Source: Candidatus Omnitrophota bacterium
GTDB lineage: Bacteria; Omnitrophota; Gorgyraeia; JAFGHF01
Direction of reading: 5' to 3'
Assembly: GCA_020341815.1 (NCBI GenBank)
Contig: CP070837.1
Coordinates: 892,064-956,063, forward strand
Length of the DNA: 64,000 nucleotides
In this document: piece by piece, positions 25,784-35,299 of the stretch
Layout of the letters: the number at the start of each line of letters is the position of its first letter
Position numbering within the stretch: the first letter of the stretch is position 1
Program-made: the position numbers and the translations under genes
Notes under the pieces: model-generated
The model's database searches: none
What the model saw: only the letters and a program-made list of their open reading frames with translations
Told to the model about the DNA's origin: nothing

Positions 25784-27462
25784 ATCTTCTCTGGCGTCGA
25801 GACGGATAAAAGGCGCAATCCATTATTAAGAACAATCCTTGCCGCATCCGCCAATACTAATCTGGCGGAAGTAAGCTGCGCCTCATCCGTGACTACCTTA
25901 TGTTTCTCATAATAATGATGAAAGGCCCGGGCAAGCTCCTGTAAATAAGCAGTAATTCCGTGCGGCTCGAGATTAAGCGCGCAGGAAGCTACCATAGTCG
26001 AAAACTTGCCCAATACCTGAACAAGATTCAATTCCTCCGGTTTATTCAGTAAGGACAAATCCACTTTTTTATCGATAACTCTTTTGTAACCTTCGGCGCT
26101 TTTTGCAAACTTTAAGATATTTACGATGCGGGCATGGGCATACTGAATATAATAGACCGGGTTCTCCAGCGAGTGCTTCTTAGCCAGCTCTAAATCAAAC
26201 TGCAGGTGCGAGTCTCGTTTTCTCATCAGAAAGAAAAACCTGGCCATATCCTTGCCCACCGCCTGAATAATATCGCGCAGGCTGACAAATTGTCCCTGCC
26301 TTGTAGACATGGGGATAATTTTATCGGCGGAAGACAAACTAACAAGCTGAACTATTAAAACTTCCAAACACTTAACATCGTGCCCCAGGGCGCTGACTAC
26401 GGCCTTGATTCGAGGGATATAGCCGTGGTGGTCGGGCCCCCAGACATTGAGCATTTTGGAAAAACGGCGTTTGTATTTAGTCTGGTGATAAGCGATATCG
26501 GGAGCTATATAAGTAAGCGTAGAGTCGCTTTTAATCGCTACCCTGTCTTTATCATCTCCGAATCTGCTGGTAGCCAGCCACCAGGCGCCTTCTTTTTGAT
26601 AGAGAAAGCCTTTTTTCTTCAGGAACTCCAAGACGTTAGCAATCTTGCCTGTTTTGTTTAGATGCCTCTGGCTAAACCAACAATCGTATTCTACTCCGAA
26701 CTCTTTTAATTCTTCTTTTATTTCTTTTAGTATCTTGCTGTAAGCAAAGCGGGAAAAAAAGGATAGGTTTTTATCGGCATCTTTGGTGAGTTTGCGGCCG
26801 TATTTTTGCACAAGCTCACCTGCCAAGTCATCAATATATTTTCCCCTGTATCCTGCCTGAGGGAACTCTGCCGCCAACCCCAGAAGCTGAAAATATTTAG
26901 CGCGAACCGAAGCGCCCAAAATATCTATCTGCACCCCTTCGTCGTTCAGGTAATACTCCCTGAACACCCTGTATCCTGAAAACTGCAAAATATTTGCCAG
27001 GGTATCGCCAAATGCCGCCTGGCGAGCGTGGGCTACATTAAGGGGGCCTGTGGGATTGGCGCTGACAAACTCCAGATGAACCTTTTTGCCCTTGCCGAGT
27101 GATGTCCGGCCGAAATTACTTTTTTTCTTTCTTATCTCCAGGAGAACCCGATACAGATAGTCCTTGCTCAGGAAGAAATTCAGAAAACCTCCCCCGGCAA
27201 CCTCAACCCTTTCGATCTCCCCGCCAAGCATTGAACGCTTTAGCTCCTCTTCGAGCGCCTGGCGCATCTTGCGGGCAATTTCTAAAGGGGGTTTGCCCGT
27301 TTTTTGGGCAATACTTAAGGCAATATTACAAGAGATATCTCCAAATTTCTTAAGCCTGGGGCGGGATAGCGTTATAGAAAGAACTTCCTTCAATAGGCTA
27401 AACTCCTCGCTCTTTTTTATTACTTTTTTAAGCAGTTCTTCTATTCTTTTCTCGATATCCAT
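25780..27462 (-). CDS. argS: Arginine--tRNA ligase
   Basis: EFVSANPTGPL, YYIQYAHAR, PEKM end. Confidence 0.95.
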   Translation of the reverse strand: MDIEKRIEELLKKVIKKSEEFSLLKEVLSITLSRPRLKKFGDISCNIALSIAQKTGKPPLEIARKMRQALEEELKRSMLGGEIERVEVAGGGFLNFFLSKDYLYRVLLEIRKKKSNFGRTSLGKGKKVHLEFVSANPTGPLNVAHARQAAFGDTLANILQFSGYRVFREYYLNDEGVQIDILGASVRAKYFQLLGLAAEFPQAGYRGKYIDDLAGELVQKYGRKLTKDADKNLSFFSRFAYSKILKEIKEELKEFGVEYDCWFSQRHLNKTGKIANVLEFLKKKGFLYQKEGAWWLATSRFGDDKDRVAIKSDSTLTYIAPDIAYHQTKYKRRFSKMLNVWGPDHHGYIPRIKAVVSALGHDVKCLEVLIVQLVSLSSADKIIPMSTRQGQFVSLRDIIQAVGKDMARFFFLMRKRDSHLQFDLELAKKHSLENPVYYIQYAHARIVNILKFAKSAEGYKRVIDKKVDLSLLNKPEELNLVQVLGKFSTMVASCALNLEPHGITAYLQELARAFHHYYEKHKVVTDEAQLTSARLVLADAARIVLNNGLRLLSVSTPEKM

Positions 27463-27495
27463 GTTATGAACACCCGGAGAGTGAATTTTTTAGGA

Positions 27496-28584
27496 TTATT
27501 GGGGTAGCGCAAGCCCCTGCGCCTTCAAAAAGGCATTAACGACTCTGGGATCAAATTGCGTGCCGGAACACCTTTTTAATTCGCTACAGGCCTCTTCGCT
27601 GGAAAAAGCTTTGCGGTAGGGACGGCGGGAAACCATAGCTTCATAGGCATCGGCCACAGCCAAAATTCGCGAGCCGATAGGAATCTTTCTATATCTCATA
27701 TTTTTATCGGGATATCCACCGCCTGCGTAACGGGCATGGTGATGCAAAATTATGGGCACCAGATTACTTAAGCTGCCGATATTATTGATTATTTTCGCAC
27801 CTACCCGGGGATGTCTATAGATACTCCTCCACTCGGTTTTACTGAGCTTCCCGGGCTTTCTTAGTGTATTGATATCAACGCAGACTTTACCTAAATCGTG
27901 AAGATAGCCCGCATATTGCAGGGCGTCTTTCTGTAGCTCAGACAGCCTCAATTCAGAGGCAATCTCCAAAGCCAGGGCCGCTACTTTTTCTGAGTGGCCG
28001 GCGGTGCAGGAGTCTTTGGCATCCAGGGCATTTGCCAGAAATTTTATGGCGCCGATATAATTCTCGCGCGCCTTTTCATATAATCTGGCATTAGAAATAG
28101 AAACTGAAGCACCCGCGGCAAAAATGGAAAGAAGCTTGACGTCCTCTTTATGAAAATGATGAGGAGCTTCGCTGTAAACACTCAAGACCCCGAAGGCCTT
28201 ACCTCTGTCCACCAAAGGCACCGATAGAAGCGAACGCAAATTTTCCTTCTGAGCAATAAAGGCATGTTGATAGCGGGAATCTTTAAATAAGTCCTTGACG
28301 ATATAGTAGTGATTTTCCTTTACTACCCTGCCGGCAATACTTTCACCGACTTTTATGCCGCCCTTACGCAGGTGAGAACGCTTATCTAACCCATAATGAG
28401 CCTTGAGAATTAATTCCTTCTTATTTCTATGAAGTAATCTTAAGGAACACCCTTCAGCCTGCATAATTTGGCAGGCCTTTTTGGTTATCAGCTTCAATAC
28501 CTGACTCAACTTCAAGCTTGAGGTGATAGATTTATTTATCTCATAAAGCGCTGTAAACTCTTCAGTCTGATTATTTCGAGCCAT
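27496..28584 (-). CDS. GAF + HD-GYP domain protein
   Basis: GAF domain; LHDLGK, HHARYAGGGYP, GTQFDP. Confidence 0.88.
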   Translation of the reverse strand: MARNNQTEEFTALYEINKSITSSLKLSQVLKLITKKACQIMQAEGCSLRLLHRNKKELILKAHYGLDKRSHLRKGGIKVGESIAGRVVKENHYYIVKDLFKDSRYQHAFIAQKENLRSLLSVPLVDRGKAFGVLSVYSEAPHHFHKEDVKLLSIFAAGASVSISNARLYEKARENYIGAIKFLANALDAKDSCTAGHSEKVAALALEIASELRLSELQKDALQYAGYLHDLGKVCVDINTLRKPGKLSKTEWRSIYRHPRVGAKIINNIGSLSNLVPIILHHHARYAGGGYPDKNMRYRKIPIGSRILAVADAYEAMVSRRPYRKAFSSEEACSELKRCSGTQFDPRVVNAFLKAQGLALPQ

Positions 28585-28927
28585 GGTCTTTTAAAGTTAT
28601 CTGCGGGACATCCCCCCACAAGCGTTCCAGATCGTAAAAATCTCTAACGGGAGCGTGGAAAACATGTACCACTATATCGCCGCAATCCAATAATACCCAA
28701 AGCGCGTGGTTATATCCCTCGATATGTCCGGCTCTTTGCCCTTGCTCTTTTAGCCTCTCAATAATATGATCGGATATAGCTTTAACCTGGCGGGCCGAAG
28801 TGCCGCTACAGATAATAAAAAAATCTGTAATGCCGGAGGCCTTCCTTATATCCAATATTACTATATCCTGCGCCTTTTTGTCCTGGGCAGTTTTAGCGAT
28901 AAACAGCGCTTTGGAACGGGACTTTAT
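28571..28927 (-). CDS. rsfS: Ribosome silencing factor
   Basis: DKKAQDI, WVLLDCGDIVVHVF, FYDLERLW; start uncertain (possibly ATA). Confidence 0.88.
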   Translation of the reverse strand: MKSRSKALFIAKTAQDKKAQDIVILDIRKASGITDFFIICSGTSARQVKAISDHIIERLKEQGQRAGHIEGYNHALWVLLDCGDIVVHVFHAPVRDFYDLERLWGDVPQITLKDHGSK

Positions 28928-28944
28928 TTTGCCACCCCTTCCAG

Positions 28945-29085
28945 TTAACCCTTCATAATCCTGAAAAGAGAGGTCCCGCATACGGGGCATTTGCCCTTCA
29001 TTGCCTTGCGACCGTTCTTCAAGGTCACCTCTTTGGCATCCTTCATTTCCTTCTTGGCTTTACACTTGACACAATATGCTTGCAT
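28945..29085 (-). CDS. 46-aa DUF5679-like Zn-ribbon protein (absent from the ORF track)
   Basis: AGGAGG SD; MQAYCVKCKAKKEMKDAKEVTLKNGRKAMKGKCPVCGTSLFRIMKG. Confidence 0.85.
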   Translation of the reverse strand: MQAYCVKCKAKKEMKDAKEVTLKNGRKAMKGKCPVCGTSLFRIMKG

Positions 29086-29102
29086 CTTACACCTCCTTTT
29101 AC

Positions 29103-29186
29103 CACTGAAATCACTGAAATTGTTACACTGAAACCACTGAAGTTTTATTCAGTGTTCTCAGTATTATTTACTCAGTGCTCTCAGTG
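29103..29186. repeat. REP-like palindromic element (CACTGA/TCAGTG), copy 2
   Basis: Matches 3493-3575. Confidence 0.85.
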
Positions 29187-29786
29187 TTTCTTTATTTTAA
29201 CATGATATAGTCTTTTTTTCAATATGTATTTTCTAACTCGTTCGGGAACAAGATAGCGGATAGATTCACCGCGCTTCAGGCGCCTGCGGATATCGCTGGA
29301 TGAAATATCCAGCGACACAGTCGGTATCCTTATTGCCTGCATCTTCGCAAGGGGCTTCTTAAACGGAAAACCGGGACGCTCGGCAATCGCAAATTTGCAG
29401 ATTTTACTGAGTTTATCTACATCCTTCCACCGGGAAAACTCTTTCAAGAAATCCGAGCCCACAATAAAATATAGATTAGCCTCAGGAAAAATAGATTTGA
29501 GCTCTCTCACCGTCTGAAGCGAATAAGATATGCCACCTCGAGCAAGCTCTAAGCTGCAGGCCTCAAAATAGGGATTGGACTTTAAGGCCTGGGCAACCAT
29601 ATAATATCTCTTTTTCGCCAACTCAAGCCTCTTTTGCCTTCTTTTATGCGGACTGATATTGGTGGGAATAAATATCACCTTATCTAAGCGCAGATGCTCC
29701 CTGGCCTGCTCTGCCAGGACCAAATGGCCCATATGTATAGGATTAAAGGTCCCTCCCAATATGCCAATTTTCCTGGACTTAGACAT
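29181..29786 (-). CDS. nadD: Nicotinate-nucleotide adenylyltransferase
   Basis: GGTFNPIHMGH, ISSSDIR. Confidence 0.95.
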   Translation of the reverse strand: MSKSRKIGILGGTFNPIHMGHLVLAEQAREHLRLDKVIFIPTNISPHKRRQKRLELAKKRYYMVAQALKSNPYFEACSLELARGGISYSLQTVRELKSIFPEANLYFIVGSDFLKEFSRWKDVDKLSKICKFAIAERPGFPFKKPLAKMQAIRIPTVSLDISSSDIRRRLKRGESIRYLVPERVRKYILKKRLYHVKIKKH

Positions 29787-29788
29787 TA

Positions 29789-31045
29789 CTAACTCCTGAT
29801 TTGGCCGCGGCCGAATATTTCATACTTGTAGGTGGTCAGCTCCTCCAAACCCATTGGTCCGCGGGCATGCAGCTTATCTGTGCTAATACCCATCTCCGCA
29901 CCCAAACCAAATTCGTATCCATCGGTAAATCTCGTGGAGGCATTGACGTAGACGCAGGCGCTGTCTACTTTAGTCAAAAACTCCTTTGCCTTTGTGCGAT
30001 TCTCTGTAATTATGGCGTCGGAGTGCCCCGAGCCGTAGCGGCTAATGTGCTCTAAGGCCTCTTTTAAGTCGCGCACAACCTTTACGGATAAAATTAAATC
30101 AAGGTATTCCGTTGACCAATCCCTTTCTGTAGCTCTTTTTGCTGCCTTATTCATCTTGCACACCTGCGCGTCTGCTCTTATCTCTACGCCGGCAGCTTGT
30201 AAGTCGTTGAGCATAATCGGCAAAAATTCTCTGACCAGCGCCTGATGCACAAGGAGCGTCTCCATAGCGTTGCAAACTCCTGGACGCTGGACTTTTGCAT
30301 TAAAGACCACCTTGCGGGCAAGGGATAAGTCTGCCTGGTTATCCACATAGATATGGCAGATGCCTTTATAGTGCTTAATCACCGGAATCATGGACTTTCT
30401 CTCAACCAGCTCGATAAGGCCCTGGCCCCCGCGCGGTATAACCAAATCAATAAACTCTTTTAAGCTCAAAAGGATATCTATGGCCTTCCTGTCGGTAGAC
30501 TTTACTAAATTAATTGCTGCGGGAGGCAACTTATATTTAACTAAACACCTGCGAAGAATATTGAAGATGGCAATATTTGAATTGATGGCTTCTCTGCCTC
30601 CGCGCAGGATTACGGCATTGCCTGATTTCAAGCACAGCCCGATACTGTCGCTGGTAACACCCGGGCGGGCCTCATAAATAATGGCCACTACCCCTATAGG
30701 CACCCTGACTTTTTTTATTAATAGCCCGTTCGGACGTCTGGTGCTTTTAATTACTTCGCCCACGGGGTCCTTCAAGGTAGCAACACTCTTAAGGGATTCG
30801 CTCATCTGGGCGATACGTTTTTCATTAAGTACTAATCTATCTAAAAAGGCTGAAGGCTTCCCCCGTCTCTTCGCCTGATGAAGGTCCTTTTCATTTGCCC
30901 GGATTAAACCGGCGGTATTTTTAATCAAACTATCGGCCATGCATAATAATGTCTTATTCTTTACCGTCTCAGACACAACCGCCAGGACCCGGGAAGCCTT
31001 TTTAGCTTTTTTTGCTATGTTCAGAATTTCTTGTTTGTTATCCAT
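29789..31045 (-). CDS. proA: Gamma-glutamyl phosphate reductase
   Basis: IYEARP, VCNAMET, NASTRFTDG, LHARGPMG. Confidence 0.96.
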   Translation of the reverse strand: MDNKQEILNIAKKAKKASRVLAVVSETVKNKTLLCMADSLIKNTAGLIRANEKDLHQAKRRGKPSAFLDRLVLNEKRIAQMSESLKSVATLKDPVGEVIKSTRRPNGLLIKKVRVPIGVVAIIYEARPGVTSDSIGLCLKSGNAVILRGGREAINSNIAIFNILRRCLVKYKLPPAAINLVKSTDRKAIDILLSLKEFIDLVIPRGGQGLIELVERKSMIPVIKHYKGICHIYVDNQADLSLARKVVFNAKVQRPGVCNAMETLLVHQALVREFLPIMLNDLQAAGVEIRADAQVCKMNKAAKRATERDWSTEYLDLILSVKVVRDLKEALEHISRYGSGHSDAIITENRTKAKEFLTKVDSACVYVNASTRFTDGYEFGLGAEMGISTDKLHARGPMGLEELTTYKYEIFGRGQIRS

Positions 31046-31057
31046 TTTTCTTTCAAG

Positions 31058-32164
31058 TTAAAGTATGACTAAGTTATTGCGATGAATTACCTCATCATAA
31101 TATTTATAGCCCAGGATTGCCTCAATACGGCTGCTGCTTTCGCCTTTGATTTTATTCAGCTCTTCCGAAGAATAGTTAATTAATCCGCGGGCAAATTCGC
31201 AATTTTTGCTATCTAAAACGCTTACCATATCCCCCGCGGCAAAATTTCCATTCAGATTGACTATCCCCTTGGCAAGCAGGCTTTTTTTCATTTTTACTAA
31301 TGCCTGTTTTGCCCCTTCGTCTACAACAATCTTACCCGCAGCCTTAGCGCTGAACCCAATCCACCTCTTCCTGGCCACAAGCCTCTGCTGTTTTCCGGGA
31401 AGAAACAAGGTGCCCACATCCTGCTCGTCTAATATTTTATCTAAAATATTTCCCGTTTTGCCGTTGGCAACAATACAGGCAATACCCGCTGCAGCACATA
31501 TTTTCGCCGCCTGCACTTTACTGGCCATGCCTCCGGTACCTAAAGCACCCCTCTTTGAGGCCCCGGCCAACTTTTCAATCTCACTGGTGATTTTTTCCAC
31601 TTTGCGGATGACTTCACCCGCCTGATCATAAAGGCCGTCGACATCGGAAAGGATAATCAATAACTCCGCCTGCGCAAGGGCTGCCACCTCGGCCGACAAC
31701 CTGTCATTATCGCCGAACTTTATCTCATCTACGGAAACAGTATCGTTTTCATTAATCACAGGCACTACCTTGTAACTCAGCAGGGTAAAAAGGGTGTTCT
31801 TGGCATTGAGATATCTTCTGCGATTATTCAAATCCTCGCGCGTCAGGAGAATTTGCGCGCAAAGAAGCTCATGTTCCCTGAAAAGGGTATCATATATCTT
31901 CATTAGCTGGCTCTGGCCGATAGCGGCTGTGGCCTGCTGTTGAGGCAGGAGCTTGGGCCTTGACTTCAAACCCAGCATGCCCATGCCTGAGGCAATGGCT
32001 CCGGAAGTAACCAAAATCACTTCCATATTTTTATTGATTAAAGCGGCAATCTGCGCCAGGAACTTTTTAATCCAGGTTTTGTTGAGGCGATAACCGTCCG
32101 TGAGAATGCCGCTGCCTACCTTAACTACAATTCTTTTAGGTCTAAGCGGCAAGCTTCTCTTCAT
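31058..32164 (-). CDS. proB: Glutamate 5-kinase
   Basis: VVKVGS, INENDTV, FGDND, GTGGM, PUA domain. Confidence 0.96.
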   Translation of the reverse strand: MKRSLPLRPKRIVVKVGSGILTDGYRLNKTWIKKFLAQIAALINKNMEVILVTSGAIASGMGMLGLKSRPKLLPQQQATAAIGQSQLMKIYDTLFREHELLCAQILLTREDLNNRRRYLNAKNTLFTLLSYKVVPVINENDTVSVDEIKFGDNDRLSAEVAALAQAELLIILSDVDGLYDQAGEVIRKVEKITSEIEKLAGASKRGALGTGGMASKVQAAKICAAAGIACIVANGKTGNILDKILDEQDVGTLFLPGKQQRLVARKRWIGFSAKAAGKIVVDEGAKQALVKMKKSLLAKGIVNLNGNFAAGDMVSVLDSKNCEFARGLINYSSEELNKIKGESSSRIEAILGYKYYDEVIHRNNLVIL

Positions 32165-32178
32165 CGCAATAACCTCCT

Positions 32179-33135
32179 CTAAAGTAATCCTCTTATGCCC
32201 TCAAGCACTTCTTCAATCCCCAGCGAACCTTTTGCAGAAACAGGATAAATCTTTTCCTTGATTTTAAAAGAAAACTTCTTTAAATTGTTTTCGGCCTCAG
32301 GCAAATCCATCTTATTGGCAATAAGGAGTTGCGGCTTAGCGCAAAGCCCCCTATCATAATCTTTAAGCTCCTGGTTTAGATTATGATAATCTTCACAGGG
32401 GTCTCTTCCCTCTGAACCTGCCATATCGATTAAATGGAGTAAGAGCTTAGCCCTTTCGGCATGACGCAAGAATTGTGCGCCCAGGCCCTTACCTTGATTT
32501 GAGCCCTTGATTAATCCGGGAATCTCTACTGCAGTCAAGAGAGGCAACTCTTCTGAAAGTTCCAGAGGCCCCAAGATGGGAGAGGTAGTCGTAAAGGGGT
32601 AGGCGGCAATCTTTGGAGAACATGAGGATATTTTGGTAAGAAATGTGGATTTGCCGCTGTTAGGATATCCGATTAGTGCTATCTCGGCAACAAGCTTCAG
32701 CTCCAGTGAAAGTTCTTTTTCTTCTCCGGGTAAGCCGCGTGTTGCCGCTTGAGTTTTCGTATTCGCCCTGCCACCCTCTCCTGCTTTGGCCGCCAGCAAT
32801 TCCTGATCCGGCTCTGTAAGCTCCCCCAGAAGAAGATTGTTTCCTACATCGCGAATAATTGTTCCCGGGGGCACTCTAATAATACAGGGGCGACTGTCCG
32901 CCCCTTTTTTCTTGTTTCCCGAGCCGTCTTTGCCCTTTTCGGCCCGAAAATGCTGTTTGCCCCGAAACTCCTTAAGCTCCCGAATATTCTTATCCACCCT
33001 GATGAGCACATCGGCACCCCTGCCTCCGCTTCCGCCATCAGGATGATGTGATCTTGTAAATTTTACCCCTTTAAAACTGTTGCAGCCGCTGCCTCCGTCT
33101 CCGGCCTTTACGTATATCCTTGCCCTGTCAATCAT
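32179..33135 (-). CDS. obgE: Obg family GTPase (divergent)
   Basis: Gly-rich Obg fold, GYPNSGKST, YPFTT, NKMD; follows rplU-rpmA. Confidence 0.9.
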   Translation of the reverse strand: MIDRARIYVKAGDGGSGCNSFKGVKFTRSHHPDGGSGGRGADVLIRVDKNIRELKEFRGKQHFRAEKGKDGSGNKKKGADSRPCIIRVPPGTIIRDVGNNLLLGELTEPDQELLAAKAGEGGRANTKTQAATRGLPGEEKELSLELKLVAEIALIGYPNSGKSTFLTKISSCSPKIAAYPFTTTSPILGPLELSEELPLLTAVEIPGLIKGSNQGKGLGAQFLRHAERAKLLLHLIDMAGSEGRDPCEDYHNLNQELKDYDRGLCAKPQLLIANKMDLPEAENNLKKFSFKIKEKIYPVSAKGSLGIEEVLEGIRGLL

Positions 33136-33141
33136 TACCGC

Positions 33142-33381
33142 TTAAGGTAACACGCTAATCACACGGGACTTATTAAAGGCAACTTTCCCTCGAATTTTGG
33201 CAAAAAGCGTATGGTCTCTTCCCATACCCACATTCAGTCCGGGGAAAAATTTTGTCCCCTTCTGCCTGATGAGAATACTGCCGGCACTGACAAGCTCTCC
33301 GGCAAAGCGCTTGAGGCCTAATCGTTGCGAACGGCTGTCACGGCCGTTACGCGAGCTGCCCATTCCTTTCTTATGCGCCAT
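33142..33381 (-). CDS. rpmA: 50S ribosomal protein L27
   Basis: [16 protein letters not shown]. Confidence 0.98.
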   Translation of the reverse strand: MAHKKGMGSSRNGRDSRSQRLGLKRFAGELVSAGSILIRQKGTKFFPGLNVGMGRDHTLFAKIRGKVAFNKSRVISVLP

Positions 33382-33403
33382 TTTTTACTTCCTCCGTATC
33401 AGA

Positions 33404-33724
33404 TTATGCACTCTTGGTAACTATCTCTTTTACTTTTATCAATACCTGCTTCTGCCGATGCCCTCTCTTGGATTGAGAGCTTTTTCTGCGGCGAAACTTA
33501 AAAGCAATCTTCTTTTTATCTTTCGTATGAGCAAGCACCTCGCACTCAAGCTTGGCATTTTTTACATATGGGTTGCCGACCTTGACATCTTTGCCCTTGG
33601 CAGTCAGCAACACCTTATCCAAAACCAACTTGTGTGTGCGGGCAGGGACTGCCTTTTCTATCAGAATTTCGTCTTTTTCGGCAACCTTATATTGCCTGCT
33701 TCCTACTTCTACTATAGCATACAT
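33404..33724 (-). CDS. rplU: 50S ribosomal protein L21
   Basis: MYAIVEVGSRQYKV...GHRQ. Confidence 0.97.
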   Translation of the reverse strand: MYAIVEVGSRQYKVAEKDEILIEKAVPARTHKLVLDKVLLTAKGKDVKVGNPYVKNAKLECEVLAHTKDKKKIAFKFRRRKSSQSKRGHRQKQVLIKVKEIVTKSA

Positions 33725-33751
33725 AGCACACTCCATCTATTTTGTCCTGAC

Positions 33752-33780
33752 ATAGTAGCACAATCACGGCATACTGTCAA
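33752..33780 (-). promoter_or_regulatory. rplU sigma70 promoter
   Basis: TTGACA-N17-TACTAT. Confidence 0.7.
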
Positions 33781-33784
33781 GCCT

Positions 33785-35299
33785 TTAGACTACTTCTATC
33801 TTGAACTCCTCTATATGCAGCCTGGGGTTGTCTCTGACTAAAATCTTGGTCTTAAACTTGGCTTCCAGGTTATGAATGGCCTGCCTATCCTCGTTTACAA
33901 CCTGAGTTACTACATTCGGATGGGCAAAGACAAGGATTGTTTTCTTATTTGCCTTCTGCAGTCTCTTTCTTATCTCCCTCAAAACCAAAATAGCCATGGT
34001 AGCGGGCGACTTCACCAGGCCTCTTCCCTGGCAATATGCGCAAGACTGATAAGCCACGCTCTCCAGGCTTCTCCTGACCCTTTGCCTGGTCATCTCTATC
34101 AATCCCAGTTCAGATACGGTTGAGATATCCGTCTTGGCATGATCGCGCCTCAAAGCCTCATTTAAGGCATCAAATACCCGCTGGCGGTGTCTAGCCCGCT
34201 TCATATCGATAAAATCGATTATAATTATCCCTCCTATATCCCGCAGTCTCATTTGCCTGGCAATCTCCCTGGCCGCCTCTAAATTGACCTGACAGGCGGT
34301 TTCTTCAGGGTCTTTCTTGCGCGTAAACTTGCCGCTGTTTACATCAATGGCCACCAGACCCTCGGTGGGCTCTATCATTATATAGCCTCCGGAGGGTAAA
34401 GATACCTTGCGGTCATAGATTTTAATAATCTCATCCTCCACGCCCCTCCTCTCAAACATAGGCACGTCGGAGCGATAAAGCTGAACCCGGGAGCGCAGAT
34501 TTGGCGAGATAATACTTAAGAATCGCATAATTCTTTTATATTCTTCTTTTGAATCTATCCATAATTTATTGGCCTGAAGAGTAAAATTGTCTCTGATTGT
34601 GCGCAGGATAAGGTCATACTCCTCATGAATCAAGGCCGGTGCGTGCTTTCTGTGCGCAGACACTCTTATTCTGCGCCATAGATTGGTCAAATAACGTAAA
34701 TCCTGCAAAAATTCCCTTTTTGTGCCACCGGCGCCGGCAGTACGCACTATCAAACCCATATTACGGGGAATATTTAAGCTTTTAAGCAGCTCTTTCAGGC
34801 GAGCCCTTTCTTTAACGTCTTTAATCCGGCGGGAAATACCCAGGTGGCTATCGCAGGGCATCAGCACGAGGTAGCGTCCGGGCAAGGCGATGTGTGTAGT
34901 CAGGCGCGCGCCTTTTGTCCCCAGGGGTTCTTTGACAATCTGCACCAGAATCTCCTGGCCAACCTTGAGCTTATCTTTAATTTCGGTATGGGCCTGAACG
35001 TGATTGTTGTCGCTGACTGTGCCTTCATAGGCATAAGGCTTATCTATAATTTCGGCCATCTTTTCATAATCCGGACGCTCTAAGTCCTGGACATATAAAA
35101 ATCCGTTTTTGGGCAAACCTATCTTTACAAAGGCTGCCCCTATAGCCGGCACAAGTGTCTCCACTACTCCTTTATAAATATTTCCTACCAGTCTCTGGGC
35201 GCCCTGCCTTTCTACATAGAACTCTTCCAAACTTCTTCCTTCGGTAATGGCTACCCTTTTCTCCTGAAGCTCTACATTAATCAGTATTTCTTGATACAT
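33785..35299 (-). CDS. rng: Ribonuclease G/E family
   Basis: GNIYKG, IDVNSG, GGIIIIDFIDM, EMTRQR. Confidence 0.93.
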   Translation of the reverse strand: MYQEILINVELQEKRVAITEGRSLEEFYVERQGAQRLVGNIYKGVVETLVPAIGAAFVKIGLPKNGFLYVQDLERPDYEKMAEIIDKPYAYEGTVSDNNHVQAHTEIKDKLKVGQEILVQIVKEPLGTKGARLTTHIALPGRYLVLMPCDSHLGISRRIKDVKERARLKELLKSLNIPRNMGLIVRTAGAGGTKREFLQDLRYLTNLWRRIRVSAHRKHAPALIHEEYDLILRTIRDNFTLQANKLWIDSKEEYKRIMRFLSIISPNLRSRVQLYRSDVPMFERRGVEDEIIKIYDRKVSLPSGGYIMIEPTEGLVAIDVNSGKFTRKKDPEETACQVNLEAAREIARQMRLRDIGGIIIIDFIDMKRARHRQRVFDALNEALRRDHAKTDISTVSELGLIEMTRQRVRRSLESVAYQSCAYCQGRGLVKSPATMAILVLREIRKRLQKANKKTILVFAHPNVVTQVVNEDRQAIHNLEAKFKTKILVRDNPRLHIEEFKIEVV

